The translations under genes and the position numbers were made by a program. Below are positions 13,451 to 24,285 of a stretch of 64,000 bases of DNA, piece by piece. The first letter of the stretch is position 1, and each line of letters opens with the position of its first letter. The stretch is from the human T2T-CHM13v2.0 reference genome, Homo sapiens: assembly GCF_009914755.1 (NCBI RefSeq), contig NC_060925.1; one strand, 5' to 3'. The notes below the pieces were generated by a model that worked only from the letters and a program-made list of their open reading frames with translations, was not told the DNA's origin and searched no databases.

Positions 13451-13991
13451 AGGTCCACTGTAGAAAAAAGAAATGTGAAAAGTCCTCCAATTTCAGGTTA
13501 CCTCTAATATAGGATCAATGGACCAGGAAATAAACCAGTATCTTACCTTTAATTATGAAGTGGGCTTGATTTAGAAAAAGATTGCTGTGAAAGCCTGGCT
13601 GAGTTTAACAGAGGTGAAATCAAACAAGCAAAGTGAAATTCTATGTAACCCTCCTACAGCTCTTCAAAACACTGGTTTCTGTAAAAGCTAGCCTCTTGGG
13701 GACAGTGGCAGGATATTTAATTCAAAAGTCCTTTAACAAGAAGACCTGGTAGTTGGGACACTAACATTTGTTAAGCCCCTCTTCTTTGCCAAGCACTTGA
13801 TATCTGAGCTCACTGAATTCTCACAACCATCCTGGTGTTTCGATTTTACAATGGAGAAACTGAGTCTAAGAGAAGTTAGAATTTTTTTTTACATCATTAA
13901 GTAATGGAGCTAATTCTAGGACTAATTCCAAAGACTGTTTTTTTTTCCAAAATGCTGCCAATTGAGAGAGGCAATACCGATGTCACCTAAA

Positions 13992-14151
13992 GCAGTGCTT
14001 CTCAGTCTTTAATGTGCATGTGAATCACTTGGGATCTTGTTAAAATGAATGTCTGATTCACCAGGTCTGGGGTGGACCCTTAGATTCTGCATTTCTAACA
14101 AGCTCCCAGGTGATGCTGATGCTGTTGTTCAAAGACCACTCTTAAGAGTAG
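13992..14151. mobile_element. MER5A MITE
   Basis: 'cagtgcttctca...gaatcacttgggatcttgttaaaatg...ttctgcatttctaacaagctcccaggtgatgctgatgctg'. Confidence 0.85.
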
Positions 14152-15977
14152 AAATCACTTATTTACTTACAAACGAAGCCCTTCCAGGGTATGTCTAAAT
14201 ACACACTCTTCTGCCAGGTGGCTTCCATGGAAGCTTAGTGCTTTCTGTTTGATTATTGCTCTAAATGATGAGATGATAATCTCTGATAGAGCTGATAAGA
14301 TATAGAGTTGGAACACACAAAAGACTGGTACGAGAGTTTAAGTGCATCATCTATGTATCACCTCAATCTCTCACCTTAGTTTTGCAAACATCTAGACAAC
14401 TGCTGGGCATGGGAAGGACTCTACAGCAGGAGAAAGCAGCCCCCTTTTGTATGGTGGGCTTTTGGTATGTCTCCTCTGATCTTAAGAGTCGGTAGCAGCC
14501 CTTACAATGACCGTGAATCCACCCAACAGGCCCACATCCACAGGGGTCGGCAACACTGGGCCTGGGGAGAAGGATGGCAGCTTAGAGGTGTTTGGTGCAA
14601 AGTTGTTCTGTAGCCTTTCTCCAAGTTCCCGGGTTCTGCTTTCCATTTCACACTCCTTTTCCCCCAGCTCCCTCTCAAGTTCCAAGGAAGGTTTCAAAGA
14701 GCATCCTTATCAGAGCTGAATGGCAAGTGACCCTCCTCTATATGTGCAATCTGGGTTCCAGGCTGGCTGCCATAGAATGTTTTGCTTTTTCAGTGGAAAC
14801 CAACTTCATAGCAAATTGCTCTGGCTACTGTTGGGGTCACTTAGGTGTTTGCATAGTCTGTGGTAATTGCTTTATTTCAGCAGGAAAAAAAATACTTATT
14901 ACCATGTTTTTGCTGCTGACAGTGGCTTTTGTGTAAAGAGTCCTTCACATCAAAGGAAGAGGGAATATGTTGAAGGCACACAAGCCAGTTATTTCCAGGA
15001 CCTCTCGCTCCTATCCGCCACGCCTTCTCTGAGCACCTGGTGGAGGCTCTGCCTGCCACGAGGAGGAGTTCCTAAAGGATTCTGTGTATTCCACCCGTGT
15101 TGGGCGGGGTGGGTGCCACATGGGCAACAATCAGACCGGGGACATTGACTCAAAGGCAGATATGGGTAATGAGGTCTGACGGGAGAAATGGCTTCAAATA
15201 AAGCTTTCTGTGGTTCATCAATATTTCCACAAGGAGTAGATTTTGCTCCCTCCCAAACAGGCATCTCTTTTCTCTTCATCTCACATCCCTAATGCCTTTG
15301 GGCTTGAGATTTTAGCCTAGGAAGGAAGGTAGGGGAGAAAAGCATGCAGCGCAGACATCCCCCATTTCTAATAAGATGGCTGAGTTACCTTTTATCTGTG
15401 CCTTTCACACAGCTTAGACAGTCCCTGGTAGCCCAGAATCCTTCTCTGTTTCCCTTTTTTCAAGTCAGTCTGTTATGCCCAGTGCTCTTCTCATTAATTT
15501 TTTCCCCACATCATCTCCCGCTTCTCCCTCTGCAATGACCTCTCTCTCCTGTGACTGGTTGTGAAGGTTCTCTTTCATATTCACTGTAAGGCAATCTTTG
15601 TAGAGCTAACTTTAACTAGCTAGACCAATTCTTTCCCAACGCTGAACAAAGCATTCCATGAAAAGAAACATAAGCATGCACAGAGCCGACCTGCATGAGG
15701 TCAGCAGCCCTCCTGACTCTCCAGCCTTCTCTGCACACACTCGGCATCTTCCCAGCAATCCCCTGAAAACTGCCTCTCATGAACTCACATGGAGTTCAGG
15801 CTCAGGGAGGCACGGGGGCAGTCAATTCACCACAGGAAACAATAACTCATAACCACCACACTTGCTCCAAACCAGGCACAGACACCTAAGGTTGTTTCCA
15901 GCTTCCATACAGCAGGAAAGAGCCCACTGTCCCCCCAACCCCCAGAACAGCTGGTGGCTTCTCATGGGAAGCATATC

Positions 15978-16064
15978 CAGGTTGAGCAGCCCTTCCTTAC
16001 CTGAACTGCTTGGAACCAGAAATGTTTCAAATTGTGTATTTTTGGATTAGGGATGTTCAATCTG
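15978..16064. mobile_element. Internally deleted Tigger4/MER46-like MITE retaining both TIRs
   Basis: Left 'caggttgagcagcc', right 'ggatgttcaatctg' followed by TA; internal 'tgcttggaaccagaaatgtttc' and 'ttttggattagggatg' match the recalled Tigger4a ends. Confidence 0.7.
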
Positions 16065-16729
16065 TATGAGAATATGAGCTGTGGAGAAGGTGTCCTCAAT
16101 ACTGTCATCCCCTTGACCTTGGATTTGTTATCCTCCTTGCCTTCTTCCACTACCACCTTGTTTCCTTTAGATGTGTCAGTGCCTGAGCTGGGCTCATTTT
16201 TGTCTTTACTTGTTCTATCTTCCCCCTGCCAGTGCACCTAATTGGCACACCCTCCTTTTTGCTCTCACCTACAGTGGACTTACCAAAATATTGCCCCAGT
16301 TCCAGAAGCTGGGCTGTGCCCAGATTGCCAGTTTTGGGGCCCTCCGAACCTTGCTGCAGTCTCCCAAGTCTCGCCACAGGATTCATCAATAGTCAGTTAC
16401 ATGCCCTGCACAAACAGCTTATGGAGAGAAGCTCTACCTAATCTTGATAGTTAATTAGTGGGTATGGAGAGAGTGAGGAGTCTCCCACAGAAACCTAAGA
16501 GAAAGAGTTCAATTTTAAAAGACATATGTCTCTACATAGCAGGGAGTAAACTTGATATACTAGCAATAGTAAAACTGGCTCATAATAAGTGTAGTAGTTA
16601 GATAAACTCATAGGGGACTGAGCTTCAAAGGATGAAAGAAATGATGACTGGGAGAAGTCAAGACACTGCTACCTGTCTGACTTAAATATCATTCAAGGCA
16701 AACATGTTGCCTGGCAGAGCTCAAAGGGA

Positions 16730-16980
16730 GTACAGCATATTGACTAGATGCACAGGCTTTGGAGTCAGCTGCCTGGGTTGCTTCCTCACTTTGAAATTAC
16801 TAACTGGGTGGGCACCAGTAAGCTACTTAAGTTTATTAAACCTCCATTTCCTTATGCATCAAAGGAGGATAATAAAAATACCCATTATAAGGTTGATGAA
16901 CTGATTAAAAGAGAATAATATATGTAATGTGCCTAGTTATCATAGTGCCTAACATGTAATAATTTCTTAATAGATTTGTT
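16730..16980 (+). mobile_element. MIR SINE
   Basis: 'caggctttggagtcagctgcctgggtt...cctccatttccttatgcatcaaaggaggataataaaaatac'. Confidence 0.8.
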
Positions 16981-17074
16981 TTAAAACCATTTGTTTTTCC
17001 TATTAGAGCAGAATCCTAAGCCACATGGGCAATGGATTTCACATGACATGAATGGTGCACATATATATATATAT

Positions 17075-17405
17075 AGTTTTTTAATTAAATTGTTACAATT
17101 TTAAGATAATTATAGATTTATATGCAGTTATAAAAAGTAATGTAGAATTATACCATGTATCCTTTACCCCATTTTTCCCAATGGAAACATGGCAAAACAA
17201 CAGCACAATATTACAACCAGGTGATAGACACTGATACAGTCCACCCACCTTATCCAGAATTCCTCAGTTTTTCTTACACTTATTTGTTTCTGTGTATGTG
17301 GTGCTGTGTGTGTGTGTGTGTTTAGTGCTATGCAATTTTATCACATGTGTAGGCTTGTGTATACACCATCACAGTTAAGATACACAACAGTTCCATTGCC
17401 ACAAA
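17075..17405 (-). mobile_element. L1MC/MD-type 3' fragment with short (TG)n
   Basis: 'ttaagataattatagatttatatgcagttataaaaagtaat...ccatgtatcctttacccc...ccccaatgg'. Confidence 0.8.
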
Positions 17406-17604
17406 CATATACCTTTTTAAAATCAATGTTTTAAATGTCCTAATTTTGGTGGCCACAGTCAAAACTCTCCTTTTGCCTTTCCTCTGGTTCCTGTTGCATT
17501 TCATCAATGATGACCATGAACTTTTCCTGACCCAGCTCTTCATCCTCCAGTGCATATGGTTCAAAAGCAAGAGAGCATGAGACCATTAGGAGAAGCACTG
17601 TTAG

Positions 17605-17720
17605 CCAGAAGAGGAAGAGCGCAGAGAGCAGAAGCAGGAGGAAGAGGAGGAGAAATGAGAGGTAGAAGGAAGAGGAAGGGAAAAGAAGGGGGTAGGGGAC
17701 CAAGAAAAGAAGAAGGGGCA
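17605..17720. repeat. GA-rich polypurine low-complexity tract
   Basis: ~115 bp almost purely A/G on +. Confidence 0.85.
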
Positions 17721-18030
17721 ACAGTCACGACAGCCCTACTCTGTTCAACAGACCAGGAGGAGCACCACCACCCATTTCACCCACAAGGATACATATCAGA
17801 TAAACAGTTGTGATTTGCTCTAGTCCATAGTCTAAATGGAGCCTGTTCTGATTCAATACTGAGGTGTGGTTGTAATCACAGGGCCCAGGGGTTATAAAAT
17901 TAGCCCCCTCCAAACTCAGACCCTATTCAGAGTGAAAATTAAATGAAAAGATGGATATGAGAAGATACATGTGCAATTATACTTTTGTGATATTTAAGTT
18001 GTGGTTTTAAATAATTTTATAATCATGAAT

Positions 18031-18344
<314 letters not shown>

Positions 18345-18620
18345 TCATGAAAATAATGTATGCTCATTGTTTAAAACTTGGCAAGTATATAAAAATATAA
18401 AGAAGAAAATAATAATCTCTCATAAACCCATTCCCATAGATAACTACTGCTAATATTTCTGGGGAATAATATTCCTTCAGGTCTTCCTCTATGCCGATGT
18501 ATCTACACACGCAACATTTAATTTTATAAAAATTGTATCATACTCCATAGAGATTTGTAATCTGGATTTTCCATTGAACACTTTATTGGATTTCCTCCAT
18601 GTTTTAGAATACGGTTAATA
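18345..18620 (-). mobile_element. L1ME-type fragment
   Basis: 'aataatgtatgctcattgtttaaaacttggcaagtat...cccatagataactactgctaatattt'. Confidence 0.6.
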
Positions 18621-19104
18621 TCTTTACATGATGAATCTTCATGAAAATCTGGAGGGTGAGGTAAAAGGTCCAAAACCTTCTAATGTATCTCAGCATCTAG
18701 GATTCCTAACATTGTCATGAAACCCAAATTCTAGAAAAATCAAGTTCTCATCCCATCTGACCTGATTTTCTCTTGCTTGGGACTCCATAGCCAACACCGA
18801 GGCAAATGGTGAGACAGGCACAGACTGCTATATTACCACTCCTTTGACCACACAGCATTTACAGAAAGAAGCTCTGTTTCTATGGCCAGAAACTGAGACT
18901 GCCAAAGAGATAATTATTAGCAAGACTGAATATTATCTTTATGGGCTGTATTTTACACTATTATATTAAAATTGTGCACAGATGTATTATTTTATGTGTA
19001 GATGACAACACATGTTTCATAATACCTCTTTTCTCAGAATCGAAATACTTTTTCTATACTATGGACAACAAATAGTTTATCACTAAATCTTTAGGTAACA
19101 GTTT

Positions 19105-20840
19105 CCTTCCCATTAGCTCGTAAACATACACCCATTCATAAAAAATAAAATGTCTTTCATCAACTCTGATTTCCCCTGAAGGTACCTCCTCCCTCTCTTT
19201 TCCTTCATTGCCAAACTTCTTAAAGAAGCATTCTACATTTGTGCTCTATTTTCACATCCAGCATGTGCAATTTCCTGTAATGCCTTCTGCCTCCACCATT
19301 CTACTGAAATAATACTAGTGCCTTTTGACTACCTAACCCAGTGGGCTCTCACCAGCCTTCACCTCAACTATACTGTTACTGCTGGTCACATCCTCAGTCA
19401 GAACACTCTGTTCCTTTGACTCATTTGACCCTTGCTCTCCTAATTTTAATCCTGACTTTTCTACCATTTTTCAAGCTTTTGTATTTCCCACCCATTAAAT
19501 GCAAGCTTTCCCCAGATTCTGTCTTCTACCTTTGTGAACCTTGCTTTCCACTCCTCCCCAGGGGACCCGGGCTTCCACTCCCTTACACTGCAATTATTAC
19601 CTCTATCCTAATGACTCCCACCTTCATAACTCTAGTTGCATGTCTCACACTGAGCTCTACCTGCCAATTTTCTCTTAAAGTAGGTGTCTACGTGCATTTT
19701 TCAAGGCACCTAAGATTCAGCCAGTCTAGAAGCAAAGCCATTATCTCTCTCTCCTCCGCCCCTCCCCACCCCCACCGAGTGGCACCTCCTCTTTGGAGTT
19801 CTGCATCTTGTTAATGACAGTCTAGCCAGTTATTTATTTCTAGACACACAAGGAACATTCACTCAGTGACCAAGTCCTCCAGCTTTCCTCAGTCCTCCCA
19901 TTTATAGTTCTGTTCCATTCTCAGAGTCACTCCCGGCTTCACTCCCACAGGTATTCTTTACAGCTACTGGAATCATTTGCTAGAATCTCCTGCATGAAAC
20001 CCTTCCAGTTCCCTAACTCTCACATTATCTCCAGAAATAAGTTCCCAAAGCCCTGGTAGAATCCCACCCAACAGATATTTACCGAGAATCTACTGCGTGC
20101 CAGGCACTGGGTTGAGCTCTTGGGGTATATAAGTTAACAAAGCAGACAAAAAGCCTGACCTAGCGGAACTTAAGTTCTGCTGGGAGTAAACAGTGAACGA
20201 TAAACATAATTGCAGCAGCTCCTTCTTCAAGCATCATCAGTGATTGCTCACTTCCCACCCACCCCCTAATAAAGTTCAAATTGGTTAGCATGGCATTCAA
20301 TATGTCCCAAAATTAAATGCCCAATTTCCAGGTTTCCCACACCATACTACTCCCTGGACCACTCACCATTTCCCAGATAACAACCTGTAATATCCCAACT
20401 CCCAGACTTTGCCTGGGCTGTTTCTTCAGGCTGTACTGCCCTTCACCTCTATACCTACTAAAATATCAATCACCCTTTGAAATTCTATGTAAATGTTACT
20501 TCCTCTATAAAACTTTTCTGTCCTGCAAGCCCTGGATGCCCATCAAAATGAATCATTTCTTCTTTGCCTGTTTATGACATGTTTATTTATCCTATCAATC
20601 ATTTTACACTTACAAAATGTGTTATGTAAAAGGCATAGTGCTAGATTATATGTATATATATTTGTATGTATAGCAATTGCTTCATTCTGCTTTGTATCAT
20701 ATTTATTTATACATCTGTACCCTCCCTTCCACAAACACAGTAAATTGCAAGATTCCTGGAAATAGGACTTGTTCTTTTTGATATTTATATTCCCACCACA
20801 GTACCTTCAACATAGTTGTTGGATGAATGAATAAAAGAGT
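19105..20840 (+). mobile_element. Long fragmented L2, with a nested antisense L2 3' end at ~20070-20210
   Basis: 'ccttcattgccaaacttcttaaaga', 'ccaccattctactgaaat', terminal 'ttgttggatgaatgaat'; nested piece 'atttaccgagaatctactgcgtgccaggcactgg'. Confidence 0.7.
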
Positions 20841-21599
20841 AAATATATATTAGTAATAATATTGGTTGTGATGACAATCTGATTATTTAGTGAATCTAGG
20901 TAATAACAATGGTCTTTGAATAAAAGTGTACAATCACTTGAGACAATTTTCTTCTTTAAAAATGACAGGTGTTATTTTTCAATTATCACGAATTAACATG
21001 CACAGAGTGTTCATGGGATGACTGGCATTGATCCTAGGGGGGCTGTGGAATATGACTGAGGTGGGCCTCACTCTCCCGTGCTCTAAAAGAAGTAATTTAT
21101 CTTCATATTCTTGGTGTCAGTATGCAAATTAGTATATCCCTAGAAGCATAAAGAAAGCAGTTAGCAAGAGTAAAGACCACTAAGGTAGTTCTGAACAGGT
21201 AGGCCCCTCTTCAAATAAGCCATTAACACAGCCAGCCAAACTAATGGTGGGATTTCTTAGGGAGAAAGTTTTCTAATCCCCAAACAAAAGTCTTTCCAAA
21301 CGTTTAATTTCAGGCTGTCTTTAAAAATCAGGCCTGTCCACCCTCTCAGGCTCCATGGCATTTGGTTTGCCAATATTACATGTGTATATAATGTTAGAAA
21401 TGCAGGTATATAGGTAAATGCCCCAGGAAGGCTTGGGAAATGCTGTTGGTCCACTACATCAACCAAAAGTGGTAATGCTGTAGCCACCACCTTCTAGTTG
21501 GGGGACTGTGGCTGCAAAGAGGGCAGACTTACTGGGTGGGAGGCCTTGGGAACACGTCAAGAAACAAAAATCATAATTTGATTTCTTTTATGCTTAATG

Positions 21600-21935
21600 A
21601 TGTTATTGCCGCAGGAATTCCCTTCTTCTTACATTTTCCACCTGGAAAACTCCTACTCACTCCTTTTTGTGAGTTCTTGAATGTCATCTTCACTGGGAAG
21701 CCTTCCCAATTCCCTGCCAAATTAAGCTGCACCCACCTCTGTGCTCGTGAAACACCCAGCACCTAAATCCACTCATCTCATGGCATGGTAACTTTTTGTT
21801 TCTTTGGCTGTGTGTATTCCCCCACACCTTATCACAGACAGTGCCCTCATCAATGTCAACGACTGTGCCTCATTCATCCCTTTATCTTCATTACCTGTAC
21901 AGTGCTGGTGCCTAGTAGGTGCTAAATAAATGTGC
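21600..21935 (+). mobile_element. L2 3' end
   Basis: 'aatgtcatcttcactgggaagccttccc...acagtgctggtgcctagtaggtgctaaataaatgt'. Confidence 0.75.
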
Positions 21936-22125
21936 AGAATTCACAGCTTTTTAATGTCAAGGAAGAAAAACAGCATTTGCTACTGAATTCACAGATTGTT
22001 ACATACCTCCATGTGTATATACTTAATGTTAATAATCCAGGAAACAAAACTTCCCCTATAATATTCTCTGGTTCGGTAGCACTAGCTCCGGAGTGGGCTG
22101 TCACAGCCCTGCAGGCTGCAAGTGG

Positions 22126-22139
22126 GTTGCCATGGTAAC
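22126..22139. promoter_or_regulatory. RFX X-box motif
   Basis: GTTGCCATGGTAAC matches the palindromic RFX consensus GTNRCCATGGYAAC and lies in apparently unique sequence. Confidence 0.65.
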
Positions 22140-24039
22140 AAGGTTCTGGATGGAGGAGGCTCTGGCTAAAGAGCCCTTCTCAACTCAAAAGAAGCTGCAG
22201 AAATGCAAAGTGTATTTTGGTTTCCCTTCCTTCTCTCCTTCTTTCCTCTCAAACCTCTCATCCTTCAAGCAACTTGAGGGCCAAAATGAACTAAATTCTG
22301 GGAGAGATTTTTCCTAGGACTCCGTATACTCCTGGAGTGGCCTTGACCACTACGGACTAGTGTGAATGTGTTTAATGTCTCTGTACTTCATTTTCCTCTC
22401 CTCCTTCTGCCTTTTGTTGCTTTTGTTATTACTTCTCTTTCCTCTTTGCCTCATTCCCATATGCCCACAGAACTGCCCCAAGGATGTCCCTTAACATCCC
22501 CCTCTTCCAGATGGCTATCAACCAGCAGAGGCTGCCCCCTCAGTCCTGAAATAGCAGAGGAAGAAATGGGGCAGACTGGGGGAGAAGCTTCCCATATAGA
22601 AGCCAGGTGCCTTGTTGCATGGTCCACTAGAGTGTCAGGCTCAGGAACTTGATAAAGAATCCAGGAAACAGCTTCCTCCTCAATCTTAGCAGTAATGTTT
22701 GGCTCATGTTTATTTGTTCCACTCTACACAAAATGAAACCACAATGTGGCATCAGAGCCAGAAAATGGAGGAGCAGTGGAGCTCCTATAGCTGGTCTCAA
22801 GCTCAGAAGGCCCCTAGAAATAAGTTTGTTTGATTGTTTGATATTTAATCAAAGTATTCAAACGCTGAGCTGCAACAATCACACTCACCTTAAAACATCC
22901 TCAACTACCCCAGTGGGTTTGAATCATTGGGAAGTTTTATGTAAAAACACTACAGAAATCAAGCCTTGAGCCTGATGGGCACTGTGAGCCCCACTGATTA
23001 CAAGGACACCTGCTTGCCCTCTGGTCACAGAAAGGCTTTCTCCTCACCTCACGCATCCCAAAGGGGTTTTCTTCATCTAGATTCACACAAAGCTAAAAAT
23101 CCAAGGCAAAGCCCTGACAGAAACTTACTTCCACAATCAAATTGAAAAGCCCTTCCTAAGGCTAGTTCCCAGGAGTTACTTAATTCTCCCAGCTTCTGGG
23201 TTTCTTTTCCCTTCTCTTAAACAAGCCGATTCTTTTGATGCAATATTCATGACTCCCAGACACAAGGAGGGCCCTCCATTGCAAAAAGACAGCACTTTCT
23301 TCTATAATGAATTTTTGCCCTTCCTATCTCACTCAAACAGGCTGTCTCCCGGTTTTTCTGCCTACATTGGTATTCGCCTTGGCTATCCTCTGAGCTGCTG
23401 GGATTCTGAGGAAGATATCTAGGCACTGAGTCCAGGCACCAGAAAGGGGGCATTCACCTAACTGGACGATGTGCTGAAGCTGCACTGGATCCCTAGCAGC
23501 AGCCTAACTCTCTCTTCTGAACTGGACTTAGAGATCTAATACGGATATTGCCTCTGATCATCCTATTGCTTGTATGTTAGATTATTGTGAGCTGAGGTTT
23601 GGAAATGGAAGATGCTTAGAAGCATGGAGTATTTTCATCCTAGGGAAATCAGATCTGCGAATTAAAAGCACCATAGGCAAGCTTTTGTTTGCATTTTGTC
23701 TGTTGTTGCTATTGCTGCTGGTGATACATATATATATATATACATGCACTATGTAAAGTCCATGTGAGTTCTAGAAGAAGGAACAAAAGGTTTTGGGTTT
23801 CAATAGACTAAGAGATAGGACACCAAATATCATCATAATCCTACACAGGATGAAAGGGAGTGCCGAGTGCTTTATAAGATGAACACTGGGTAAAAGATGG
23901 AAAGATCTATGCCCCTAAAAAAGCTCTGTGACCTTGAACAAGTGATACACAAATGATCCATTTTCTGTTTGCTCAGCAGCAAAATGGAACGAGGGGCCCT
24001 GGGGAACTGTAAGGCAGGAAAAGGGCATTTCATGGGAGA

Positions 24040-24285
24040 AATGTGGCCCTTGACATCAGACAGACCTGGGTTTTCACTATCAGTTCTGCTCCTTGAGGGC
24101 TATATGATGGCGGGCAAGTTACTGTCCTCTTTCTATAGATGAGAATCCTATAGGTTTCTCATCTATAGGATGTCTAAAATGTCTAATAATACTTACGTCT
24201 ACTCTTTCTGGAGCTTGGGGTAAAATAAGGTATAGAGCATTTTACTACCATTAGCACACAAAAAGTGATTTGTAAAAGTTAGCAT
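24040..24285 (+). mobile_element. MIR SINE containing a 36-bp palindrome
   Basis: 'catcagacagacctgggtttt...gggcaagttact...tttctcatctata...ataatactta'. Confidence 0.75.

Noticed and set aside
14482-14697. 71-aa minus ORF with a coiled-coil-like start (LELERELGEKECEMESRTRELGERL)
   Set aside because: TTG start, stop just upstream, no usable in-frame splice sites and no recognised homologue
17440-17721. 93-aa ORF with an apparent signal/TM segment
   Set aside because: The hydrophobic run is just the translated polypyrimidine tract and the start is not ATG
19341-19814. 157-aa + strand ORF
   Set aside because: Lies in decayed pyrimidine-rich L2 sequence, GTG start, no domain-like content
22520-22640. 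Two CTCF-like motifs (CCAGCAGAGGCTGC, CCACTAGAGTGTCA)
   Set aside because: Both mismatch the core GG(G/T)GGC positions
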